Below the pieces are notes generated by a model. The model did not search any database, was not told the DNA's origin, and saw only the letters and a program-made list of their open reading frames with translations. This document shows, one piece after another, positions 8,810 through 16,821 of a stretch of DNA of 32,000 nucleotides; within the stretch, counting starts at the first letter, position 1; each line of letters opens with the position of its first letter. The translations under genes were made by a program, and so were the position numbers. This DNA comes from Bdellovibrionales bacterium (GTDB lineage Bacteria > Bdellovibrionota > Bdellovibrionia > Bdellovibrionales > UBA1609). The stretch lies in contig OZ252021.1 of NCBI GenBank assembly GCA_965247685.1, positions 1,080,001 to 1,112,000 of the forward strand, read 5' to 3'.

Positions 8810-10816
8810 TTATTCATTCTTCAAGTAAGGAGTTAATGTGTTTATGAAAATTTTTGGTGTGAGTAAAGTGGGGAGTATCACTTCTTGTTGATCTTTAAAG
8901 AAAATCATAAAGGGAACACTTGCTCTTCCGTATTGGAAAAGAATTTTAGAAATTTCAGGATCTCGTGCAGTCCAATCTCCTTTCATTACAGAAATATTAT
9001 TTTGATGTAAAAAATTCTTCACTTTTTGATGACGTAAAGTCGTCCATTCATTGACTTTACAAGTAATACACCACTCTGCTGTGAAATAGAGAAGTAAAGA
9101 TTGATTTTTTCTTAAAGATTGATGAAAGGCTAAAGTTGAAAAAGGAATTTCTTTTTGCTCCATCATCATAGATTCCGATTGATGAAGAGTATTAGAAAAT
9201 AAAGAAGGAAAAAGTGCTAAGAAAGTAGAAAAAGAAAATAAAAGAATGAATACTTTTCTTGAAATCCAAAGGCTATTTTTCAGCCAAAAAGCAAAGGCAA
9301 ATCCAGATAAAGATAAAATAATAGGCAAAATCCAACTATCATCTAAATGTGATAAAATATTAATCAACCATAAAATCGTACCAAATAAAGGAATAGCCAT
9401 AGCTTTTTTAAGGGTTTGATTCCATTTTCCAGGTTGGGGAAGGTATTTCAACCAGTGAGGGAAAATACTTAAAATAATATAAGGAGAAGCCATACCCCAT
9501 CCTAGAGCGCTAAAAACTAAAATCACTTCTAAAGTAGATTGTGCGAAAGCGTAACCTATAGCTGCTCCCATAAAGGGAGCTGTGCATGGTGAAGCGGCTG
9601 TCGAAGCTAGAAATCCTGAAATGAAGTTTTTTATCATATGATGTGAATCATCTATTCGAGAAGATATAGATCGAGGAATAGAGAACAAGCCCAAAAATCC
9701 GAGCGCTATAAACGAAAAGAAAAAAATAAGAAAAGTCACAAATAAAGGGGACTGCATTTGAAAACCCCAGCCAATATGCTCGCTTCCTTTTTTTAAAGTT
9801 TGAATAATCAGGGCTAATCCTAAAAATGATGCAATAATGCCTAGTGAATAAGAGAAAGAAGAGGCTATCAATTGGTTTTTTGGAGTAGAAAGAGTGCTAT
9901 AAAATTTCAAAAACACAACGGGAAGAACACAAGGCATAAGGTTTAAGATCACTCCACCTAGAAAAGCGAATAATAAAAATAAAAGTAAAGAGAATTGCAG
10001 AGTTGGCTGAATGTTAACTTCTTGGGATTGAATCACTTTATCTTTTTTATAAACCACCAAGGCTGAAATTTTTTCTAAATTTTTCTCCATTCCTTTTATT
10101 TTGTATTTTAAAATGTAAGAGTTTTTAGATTGTTTCTCTATATTGGGAGGCTTTGCAGGTAAAAAATGATGAGGAAAGAAATCTAATAGCTGAATCGAAT
10201 CTTTAGATGTTAAATGAACTTGATAATGCTCGTTTACTTTTTTAATCTGGCCAGTCATGAAGGAGTGGCTGGGATATTTAAATTTTGAAAATAAACGAGA
10301 ATGAGAGATGTGATCTTTTTGTTTCTTTTCAATTGGAATACTTAATTCTACTTTTTGAGTAAATGGTATGCAAACCGATCGACAAATAATCCATTCTGCT
10401 TTTGCTTGGATGTTGATTTCTTTTTGATTATAGTTGTGGGGAATGTATAAAGGTGCTTTAAGTAAAACATGTTTGTAATACCCGAAGTTCACCCACCTAT
10501 CGTAGCTCATTCTTTGAGGGACAGGCCATTGAAGAGAGCCTCTTTTTAAAGAAGAGGGGATTCTCCATTGGATTCGAGGAGCTTGACCAATATCGCCAGG
10601 GTTTTTCCAATAGGTGTACCATTTTCGAGGTAAAGTAATATAAAGACCCACATCGATACGAGTGCCTTTTTGAGCTGCTTGAGCAGAGCTGATCAGGTAG
10701 GCCTTAGAAGATGCTTTGGCTTTGTGCTGGAATTGAGAGTTTGAAGTATTTCCTATGCTTGGATAATACAAAGATAAGGCGAAAAAAAATGTACTAAATA
10801 TTCTGAGTTTAATCAT
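8810..10816 (-). CDS. dsbD: Thiol:disulfide interchange protein DsbD (N-terminal DsbD-alpha domain, CcdA-like transmembrane core, C-terminal thioredoxin)
   Basis: Signal peptide; CRSVCIP in the N-terminal domain; membrane-core Cys motifs MPCVLPV and SPCTAPF; C-terminal thioredoxin WCITCK. Confidence 0.92.
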   Translation of the reverse strand: MIKLRIFSTFFFALSLYYPSIGNTSNSQFQHKAKASSKAYLISSAQAAQKGTRIDVGLYITLPRKWYTYWKNPGDIGQAPRIQWRIPSSLKRGSLQWPVPQRMSYDRWVNFGYYKHVLLKAPLYIPHNYNQKEINIQAKAEWIICRSVCIPFTQKVELSIPIEKKQKDHISHSRLFSKFKYPSHSFMTGQIKKVNEHYQVHLTSKDSIQLLDFFPHHFLPAKPPNIEKQSKNSYILKYKIKGMEKNLEKISALVVYKKDKVIQSQEVNIQPTLQFSLLLFLLFAFLGGVILNLMPCVLPVVFLKFYSTLSTPKNQLIASSFSYSLGIIASFLGLALIIQTLKKGSEHIGWGFQMQSPLFVTFLIFFFSFIALGFLGLFSIPRSISSRIDDSHHMIKNFISGFLASTAASPCTAPFMGAAIGYAFAQSTLEVILVFSALGWGMASPYIILSIFPHWLKYLPQPGKWNQTLKKAMAIPLFGTILWLINILSHLDDSWILPIILSLSGFAFAFWLKNSLWISRKVFILLFSFSTFLALFPSLFSNTLHQSESMMMEQKEIPFSTLAFHQSLRKNQSLLLYFTAEWCITCKVNEWTTLRHQKVKNFLHQNNISVMKGDWTARDPEISKILFQYGRASVPFMIFFKDQQEVILPTLLTPKIFINTLTPYLKNE

Positions 10817-10864
10817 ACTTCCTTATGATATTATCAGAATATTTTCAGAAAAGTAACAGATCGA

Positions 10865-10893
10865 TTGACAGGTTATTTTATCTGTACTCTTAT
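10865..10893 (+). promoter_or_regulatory. Candidate sigma-70 promoter for the tRNA-fMet gene
   Basis: Perfect -35 TTGACA (10865-10870), a 17-nt spacer, then TCTTAT (10888-10893; 4/6 to TATAAT). This would place the transcription start a few nt upstream of the mature tRNA 5' end at 10908. Confidence 0.35.
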
Positions 10894-10907
10894 TCGTATT
10901 GAATTAT

Positions 10908-10984
10908 CGCGAGGTGGAGCAGTTTGGTAGCTCGCCGGGCTCATAACCCGGAGGTCGGGGGTTCAAATCCCTCCCTCGCAACCA
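10908..10984 (+). tRNA. Initiator tRNA-fMet (anticodon CAT)
   Basis: 77-nt cloverleaf read by hand: acceptor CGCGAGG/CCTCGCA with the initiator-specific C1:A72 mismatch, and anticodon loop CTCATAA. Three consecutive G:C pairs (GGG/CCC) close the anticodon stem. T-arm GGGGG-TTCAAAT-CCCTC; encoded ACCA 3' end. Confidence 0.93.
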
Positions 10985-10999
10985 ATCCCAAACTTCAAT

Positions 11000-11659
11000 T
11001 TAAAGCACTTCAGATGTTGAGGTTGAAATAATTTGAGCAAGTTCTTCTTGTAGTTCCTCACAAAGAACATTTTGAATTTTTATATTTTCCACCTTCAAGC
11101 CATGATCAATCGTTAAATCATCAATCGTGCAAGTTGTTTCTTTGTGGACTATCTTTATATTTCGAACATATCCAGACAACCCTATCCCTATATTCGAATT
11201 TCCTCCAGAGATATTGATACGACCATAACTCTCACTCCAATCTTGAACATCACCAATTAGAAAATCCCCTTGAATATCTTGAAGTGTATCATTTACAGGA
11301 TTCCAATGAGCATAAACTCCCACCTTCTGCGGACATGCTGTTTTCTGTCGAGTCATGATCATATGTTCCTGATTCAAAACAACAACTTGGCCAAGCACCT
11401 CGAAAGTCAAGTCGTTAAACTTTTCACTATGGAGGCCTTCACAACTTTTCACAGTATACGTATATTTAACATCATAAACTGCGCTTTGATCAAATAAGTC
11501 TTCTATATTTTGTTTTTCAACTGGCTCAATCATCTGTGTGTTCAAATTTTTTTCACTCTCGACAATACTGCTTTGTTGAGAGGCTGTATTTTCGGGAATT
11601 TCACAAGATATCACAAAAGCAGAAATCAAAAACAAAATAAATAGATTCAACTTAAGCAT
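11000..11659 (-). CDS. Hypothetical lipoprotein (no recognisable family)
   Basis: From Met-20 of the tracked ORF: MLKLNLFILFLISAFVISC, a signal peptide with lipobox V-I-S-C. The mature part has four additional Cys. No family motif recognised. Start 11659 is chosen because of the lipoprotein signal; the track start is 11716. Confidence 0.6.
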   Translation of the reverse strand: MLKLNLFILFLISAFVISCEIPENTASQQSSIVESEKNLNTQMIEPVEKQNIEDLFDQSAVYDVKYTYTVKSCEGLHSEKFNDLTFEVLGQVVVLNQEHMIMTRQKTACPQKVGVYAHWNPVNDTLQDIQGDFLIGDVQDWSESYGRINISGGNSNIGIGLSGYVRNIKIVHKETTCTIDDLTIDHGLKVENIKIQNVLCEELQEELAQIISTSTSEVL

Positions 11660-12100
11660 TTCACAACACACCTTTTTAATTAAAATATGAGGATATTCTA
11701 AATAAGGAATGATCAAATGAGAAGTGAAAATAAAAAAACCCGACCTCTCATAACACGAATGGCAAATCTCTGAAGGATAAATCTCTAAAATAGCTGTTTG
11801 AAACTAAAAATAAGCAGAGCATAAGAAGTCAAAATTTAACCTCTTTTAAGGGTTTTTAAAGACCCGTCCATCATACTTTTTTTGTGTATTTTAGACTTTC
11901 CTATATCTTTTTGGGGTGCTCCTTTTAAAAGGAAAAACAGAGTTTTTTAATTTTAGCAACAAAATTTGTAGATTTTTAAGGATTTTTAAGCTTAATGAAG
12001 TGTAAAATTTACATAAGTTTCTTTTTTTGTAGATTTTTAGATTCTCGTGTTGTAGATTTCTTCCAAGCAGTAAACGTAAACTTTTTAAGGAGTAAAGAAT

Positions 12101-12544
12101 ATGAGGAATACAGTTATTATTTTGTTAACTATGGCTACAGTTTTTTTCGCTCAAGCAAAGCAGTCGGGAGTGAGATCAGAAACAGGAAAAGTTGTTCGCC
12201 AGACACTAAACTCAACAATGGTGAAGAATCGGCAAGCACTTCAAGAAATGAGAAATATGAACAATCCATTTGCCAATTTTGTGTTTGCTATTTTTGGAGT
12301 AAAAGACGTTTTCTCACAAGGTGACGCAACTATTATAGGGTTAGCGATTCAGAATGTGGTTAATTGGGGAGCTCAAGCTAAAGAGAATTATCAAGTGCTT
12401 ACGGGGAAAATTAAAATGGGTTTAGACATAGGGCTCAGCTCTGCAACAGCGCTTAAAACTGCTTTGACCTCAATGGTTGGCCTAGGTAAAGAGGCAGAAG
12501 TAGACAGACTCGCAGAAGAAATTGGCCTTAACTGCAGACCGTAG
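12101..12544 (+). CDS. Hypothetical small secreted protein (Sec signal peptide, Ala/Gly/Leu-rich helical mature part)
   Basis: AAGGAG (12087-12092) lies 8 nt before the ATG. The signal peptide is MRNTVIILLTMATVFFAQA with a predicted cleavage before K. The gene is followed directly by a strong intrinsic terminator. No homology recognised. Confidence 0.6.
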   Translation: MRNTVIILLTMATVFFAQAKQSGVRSETGKVVRQTLNSTMVKNRQALQEMRNMNNPFANFVFAIFGVKDVFSQGDATIIGLAIQNVVNWGAQAKENYQVLTGKIKMGLDIGLSSATALKTALTSMVGLGKEAEVDRLAEEIGLNCRP

Positions 12545-12561
12545 TCTAATCGTAAAGTATT

Positions 12562-12621
12562 AAAAAAAAATTGACGAACCTTTATCAACAATATAGATAA
12601 AGGGTTCGTCAATTTTTTTTT
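12562..12621. terminator. Bidirectional rho-independent terminator
   Basis: A9 tract (12562-12570). Stem TTGACGAACCTTTATC (12571-12586) pairs with GATAAAGGGTTCGTCAA (12596-12612), 16 bp with one bulged G. T9 tract (12613-12621). It starts 18 nt after the stop of the 12101-12544 gene. Confidence 0.85.
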
Positions 12622-12636
12622 GCGTAGGTGCTTATT

Positions 12637-13092
12637 ATGTTTTCTCATCCAAAATTTCCTTTTCATCTATTAAAACCTCATTCAGTAAAACCTCATTCAG
12701 TAAAACCTCATTCAGATTTAAAAATATCTGCTGAAAGCTCTCAAACAGTGACTCCTTCTGCAGGAAAGGCTGTAGATTCTGCAAAAAAGCCATCCATGCT
12801 TGAGCAGTTTATGCCTTTTGCTTTTATTTTGATTATCGTCTATTTTCTATTTATTCGCCCTCAACAGAAAAGAGCTCAAAAACACTTGAAGTTTACCAAA
12901 AATCTCAAAATAGGAGATTCTATTCTGACTTCAGGAGGAGTTTTAGGTAAGGTGGATGGGTTAACGGATCAATATGTCATTTTGATGGTTTCAGATAATG
13001 TGAAAATTCGAGTTTTGCGTTCTCATGTTTCTTCTTTCTCAGATACTCAAAAGAGTGTAGAAAATAAAAAATCATCTGCTACTCCATCTTAA
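12637..13092 (+). CDS. yajC: Preprotein translocase subunit YajC (possibly with an N-terminal extension)
   Basis: Core FMPFAFILIIVYFLFIRPQQKRAQKHLKFTKNLKIGDSILTSGGVLGKV matches the YajC TM plus RPQQKR motif, and the gene sits immediately upstream of secD-secF. ATG 12637 has an AGGTG SD 6 nt upstream. An alternative start at ATG 12796 (MLEQFMPF) would give a canonical-length YajC but has no obvious SD. Confidence 0.85.
   Translation: MFSHPKFPFHLLKPHSVKPHSVKPHSDLKISAESSQTVTPSAGKAVDSAKKPSMLEQFMPFAFILIIVYFLFIRPQQKRAQKHLKFTKNLKIGDSILTSGGVLGKVDGLTDQYVILMVSDNVKIRVLRSHVSSFSDTQKSVENKKSSATPS
12671..12715 (+). repeat. Three perfect tandem copies of a 15-bp unit TAAAACCTCATTCAG
   Basis: Direct reading: 12671-12685, 12686-12700 and 12701-12715 are identical. 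They are in frame with the long yajC ORF and encode KPHSV repeats. Confidence 0.95.
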
Positions 13093-13105
13093 GTAGGTTC
13101 GAATT

Positions 13106-14791
13106 ATGATCATAGAAAAGAATAGAACTCGATGGTTCATAATTGCCGGAATTTTAACTCTTGCCTTCTGGTGGATTTTACCTAATTTTTTTCCAAACAA
13201 AAAAGCATGGTGGCTTGCAAAAGAAAAACTGATTTACGGTTTAGATATTCAAGGAGGTTTGCATCTTGTGTTGGGTGTGAATGTCAATGATGTGATTCAA
13301 AAGAAGCTTGTACGCTCTACAAAGAATATATCCGAATACCTCCAAAAGGAAGGTCTCCAAATTGAAAAAAGTGAAGTTCAAGGAACTATTATTCATATTC
13401 AACCTAAGAAGAAGGAAGATTTACAACTGGTTCAAGATAAAATAGTTGCCGAGTATGGTTCCTTATTTCGTACTTTAGAGATAACAGATTCTGAAATTAA
13501 ACTTTCCTACCTGCAGCTCCAAGATGAAAATGTTAAAAAAGAAATTATCGATCAGAGTATCGAAGTTATTCGGAATCGTATTGATGAGTTTGGTGTCAAT
13601 GAACCGGTGATTACAGCTCAAGGTCAAACACGAGTGTTAGTGCAGCTTCCTGGTGTCAAGGAAGCTGAAAAAGCACGGGAGCTCATACAAAAAACAGCAT
13701 TTTTAGAACTGATGCTTGTATCTGACGGCGAAAAAATGACTGCGGAAAAGCTGTTAGAGTGGATATCTTTTGCTGAAGAAAAAGGAAATTACTCTTTCAA
13801 AAAAGAAGCTTCCTATCGAAATTATGTGCGCAGATTAAATAAGGATCTCCAGAGTAAGCTTCCACCAGATACTCGAATCGTTTTTATGAAAGATGAAGCA
13901 GCAGAATCGATGTTCATCGGACGTACACCTTTGTTGGTTGAAACTGATACAGGACTTACAGGAGATATGTTGGATGATGCTAGTGTTGGAGTCGGTCAGT
14001 TTGGAGAACCTGTTGTGAACTTTCGATTTGGTATAGAAGGTAGAAAAAGATTTTCAGAAGTCACTTCTAAAAATATTGGTCGCATGCTCGCTGTTGTCCT
14101 AGATGGTGTGGTGAAAACAGCTCCACAAATTAAAGATCATATGACGGATCGAGGACAAATTTCTTTAGGTTCTCAGGATAGAAATGAAATGCTTGAAGAG
14201 GCACAAATGATCAGCACAACACTCCGAGCAGGAGCTCTGCCTACGCAATTGGAGCTTCTGGAAGAAAGAACAGTGGGGCCTACTTTAGGAAGAGACTACG
14301 TAGAAAAAGGAAAAAATGCAATCATCATAGCTATTGTATTAATTCTTATTTTTCTTCTTATTTACTATCGTTGGCTGGGGCTTGTTGCAGATATCGCTTT
14401 ATGTTCTAATATGTTACTGCTTTTAGCGATCTTGACATCTTTTGGTGCAACACTGACTCTTCCGGGTATTGCAGGTATTATTCTTACTATTGGTATGGCT
14501 GTAGATGCTAATATTATTATTTTTGAAAGACTGAAAGAAGAATTATTGAAGGGCTCCAGTATTAAACTTTCTATTCAAGAAGGTTTTGGTCGAGCGCTTT
14601 CTGCTATTTTAGATGCGAATATTACTACAGCGATTGCCTGCTTAGTCTTGATGTATTTTGGAACTGGCCCTATTCGAGGATTTGCAGTGACTTTATTCTG
14701 CGGGATTATTACCTCTGTATTTACATCTATTTTTGTATCACGCACTTTATTGCAAACTTTAGTTCATCAATTTAAAATAAAAATAGGTTAG
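13106..14791 (+). CDS. secD: Protein translocase subunit SecD
   Basis: 561 aa. N-terminal TM, large periplasmic domain (LGLDIQGG-type motif YGLDIQGGLHLVL), C-terminal 5-TM bundle (TLPGIAGIILTIGMAVDANIIIFER). Conserved yajC-secD-secF order. Confidence 0.96.
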   Translation: MIIEKNRTRWFIIAGILTLAFWWILPNFFPNKKAWWLAKEKLIYGLDIQGGLHLVLGVNVNDVIQKKLVRSTKNISEYLQKEGLQIEKSEVQGTIIHIQPKKKEDLQLVQDKIVAEYGSLFRTLEITDSEIKLSYLQLQDENVKKEIIDQSIEVIRNRIDEFGVNEPVITAQGQTRVLVQLPGVKEAEKARELIQKTAFLELMLVSDGEKMTAEKLLEWISFAEEKGNYSFKKEASYRNYVRRLNKDLQSKLPPDTRIVFMKDEAAESMFIGRTPLLVETDTGLTGDMLDDASVGVGQFGEPVVNFRFGIEGRKRFSEVTSKNIGRMLAVVLDGVVKTAPQIKDHMTDRGQISLGSQDRNEMLEEAQMISTTLRAGALPTQLELLEERTVGPTLGRDYVEKGKNAIIIAIVLILIFLLIYYRWLGLVADIALCSNMLLLLAILTSFGATLTLPGIAGIILTIGMAVDANIIIFERLKEELLKGSSIKLSIQEGFGRALSAILDANITTAIACLVLMYFGTGPIRGFAVTLFCGIITSVFTSIFVSRTLLQTLVHQFKIKIG

Positions 14792-14795
14792 AGTT

Positions 14796-15665
14796 ATGAA
14801 ATTTAATTTTATCAAACATTCATCTTTTTTTATGACGCTCTCTATAGTTTTGACTATAGCGGGGAGCGTTTTAATTTTTGTGAAAGGGTTAAGGTATGGT
14901 ATTGATTTTGCAGGTGGTAACGAGATACAAATCCAATTTCAAAGTATTCCTCCTGTAGATGATGTTCGAAACTTTTTAAATCAAGAAGGTTATCCAAAAG
15001 CACAGGTTCAATCCTTTGGATTGGAAAATGAACTTCTTATTCGTATGGAAGAGGCTCAATTAGAAAAAATTGTCATTTTAACAGAGAGAATAAAAAAACA
15101 ATATAAGGGAGCGAACATTCGAAGAGTAGATTCTGTTGGGCCGCAAATTGGAGGTGAGCTTAAACAAAAAGGTTTACTCGCTATTTGCTACAGCTTGATA
15201 TTGATTTTAGTTTATTTGGGGTTAAGATTTGATTACAAGTATGCTCCTGCTGCTGTTTTTTGTCTGTTTCACGACTCCATATTAACACTATCGATTTTTG
15301 TTTTATTTAATAGAGAAGTGAATATACAAACGTTAGCCGCAATATTAGCTATCATTGGTTATTCACTCAATGATACCATTGTGACTTTTGATCGTATCCG
15401 GGAGAATGTGGTTTTGTATTTTAAAAAACATAGTTTTTCTGAAATATGTAATCAATCTCTTAATGATGTTTTATCTCGTACTTTACTCACCTCACTCACC
15501 ACGATGATTGCTATAGGTTCTATGTGGTTTTTAACGAGCGGAGTCATCAAAGATTTTGCTTTCACTCTAGCTGTGGGAGTGGTGATAGGAACTTATTCTT
15601 CGATTTATGTGGCAACACCTTTGGTACTTTATTTAGATCGATGGGCTCGTAAAAGTGAATCTTGA
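14796..15665 (+). CDS. secF: Protein translocase subunit SecF
   Basis: 289 aa. GIDFAGG motif, IGYSLNDTIVTFDRIREN. Starts 4 nt downstream of the secD stop. Confidence 0.96.
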   Translation: MKFNFIKHSSFFMTLSIVLTIAGSVLIFVKGLRYGIDFAGGNEIQIQFQSIPPVDDVRNFLNQEGYPKAQVQSFGLENELLIRMEEAQLEKIVILTERIKKQYKGANIRRVDSVGPQIGGELKQKGLLAICYSLILILVYLGLRFDYKYAPAAVFCLFHDSILTLSIFVLFNREVNIQTLAAILAIIGYSLNDTIVTFDRIRENVVLYFKKHSFSEICNQSLNDVLSRTLLTSLTTMIAIGSMWFLTSGVIKDFAFTLAVGVVIGTYSSIYVATPLVLYLDRWARKSES

Positions 15666-15751
15666 TACAATAATGCAACGCTTATAATATTTTATTTCAT
15701 CTGTTTAAGAAATAATTTAAAATAAATTAATTTATTGCTTAGGTATTAAAG

Positions 15752-16213
15752 ATGGCTACACGAAACGTTTCTATAGAATTAAAAATAAAATTATTAGACC
15801 ATTATCAAGGTCTTTTACCAAAATATGAGTCGGCTCAAGCCAGTGGATTTGACGTTCGAGCACAATTGAGTGAAGAGGTGAATTTAGGTGTTGGGGAAAG
15901 AGCTTTAATTCCTACGGCTTTAGTATTTGAAATTCCAAAGGGTTTTGAATTGCAAGTACGCCCTCGAAGTGGGTTGGCTTTAAAAAAAGGACTTACAATC
16001 ATTAATGCTCCTGGAACCATTGATGAAGATTATAGGGGAGAGTTAAAAATTATTATGATTAATCACGGACGAGAAAAAGTAATGATTGCAAATCAGGATC
16101 GAATTGCTCAAGTTGTGTTATGTCCTGTCTATCAAGCTCAGTTTTCTGTTGTAGATCAAGTCGACACCAGTTTGAGAGGAGAAAAAGGTTTTGGAAGTAC
16201 GGGTTTTAACTAA
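15752..16213 (+). CDS. dut: dUTP diphosphatase
   Basis: 153 aa. SAQASGFDVRA, RPRSGLALKKG, GTIDEDYRGE and the C-terminal RGEKGFGSTG motifs of trimeric dUTPases. Confidence 0.95.
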   Translation: MATRNVSIELKIKLLDHYQGLLPKYESAQASGFDVRAQLSEEVNLGVGERALIPTALVFEIPKGFELQVRPRSGLALKKGLTIINAPGTIDEDYRGELKIIMINHGREKVMIANQDRIAQVVLCPVYQAQFSVVDQVDTSLRGEKGFGSTGFN

Positions 16214-16769
16214 AATATTTTTGCTGTTGAGTACTGTGTTATTCTTGGGTTTTTTCTTTGAAAAAAAACAAAAACCACTCCCTTTGATTCAAAGAGGTAT
16301 TGTCAACGAGGTAAATGCTATTGTCTACATACATCCTGACTTTGATGCCAATCAAATTGCGACCATTCCTAGAAATAAAATTGTAGCTATATCAACTGAA
16401 ATTTATCGACCGAAGAATTTGTTTGGATCATTTTATCGCATTTTCCTTAATAAGCCAAAAAAAATAAAAGGTTATATTTCAGAGGTGGATGTTGTTCCAC
16501 AATACACAAAAAATAAAAAAGGATGGGCTTTCAATTCTTTCTATAAAGAAAAAGAGACTAATCTAAAGCAAGTCCAAAAAAAAAGTAGTATTATGAAGTC
16601 ACACGTATTTAAAAAAACTGATTCTTCTCCAAAATCTCAAGTTATAGAATCAGAAAATACAGCCTCTAAAGATTCTGTAAAAGAGAGTTCACGTTCTCAA
16701 AATAAAGAAGTTTTGACTCAGGAGCCGATGGATGAAAAAGGCTTAAAAGAGGAATATCCTAGAGAATGA
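16191..16769 (+). CDS. Hypothetical membrane-anchored protein with an SH3b-like segment and a Lys/Ser/Glu-rich tail
   Basis: N-terminal hydrophobic anchor (IFLLLSTVLFLGFFF). This is followed by a pattern resembling bacterial SH3 domains (VNAIVYIHPDFDANQIATIPRNKIVAIS...FYRIFL...GYISEVDV). Only a non-ATG (TTG) start is available, overlapping the dut 3' end by 23 nt, so the start is uncertain. Confidence 0.5.
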   Translation: MEVRVLTKIFLLLSTVLFLGFFFEKKQKPLPLIQRGIVNEVNAIVYIHPDFDANQIATIPRNKIVAISTEIYRPKNLFGSFYRIFLNKPKKIKGYISEVDVVPQYTKNKKGWAFNSFYKEKETNLKQVQKKSSIMKSHVFKKTDSSPKSQVIESENTASKDSVKESSRSQNKEVLTQEPMDEKGLKEEYPRE

Positions 16770-16821
16770 AACGAGAATGAAACTTATTATAAAATAAATC
16801 AAAATCTTTTAAGGAGGTTCA

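Noticed and set aside
10908-12621. Possibility that the tRNA-fMet marks an integrated genomic island.
   Set aside because: There is no integrase, recombinase or phage gene. I could not find a direct repeat of the tRNA 3' end downstream; only a trivial GGGTTC hexamer in the terminator. The segment is only ~1.6 kb, and base composition looks the same as the flanks by eye. It is kept only as a weak accessory-locus hypothesis.
11995-12666. ORFs 11995..12324(+) and 12391..12666(-) overlapping the small secreted-protein gene and the terminator.
   Set aside because: The 12101..12544 frame has an AAGGAG SD, a canonical Sec signal peptide and ends just before the terminator. The competing frames have none of these, and the minus-strand ORF runs through the terminator hairpin.
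16762-16783. Exact 11-bp tandem duplication GAGAATGAAAC x2 spanning the stop codon of the SH3-like gene.
   Set aside because: It is real but trivial. The stop codon lies in the first copy, so copy-number change would not alter the protein, and no structure or motif is associated with it.
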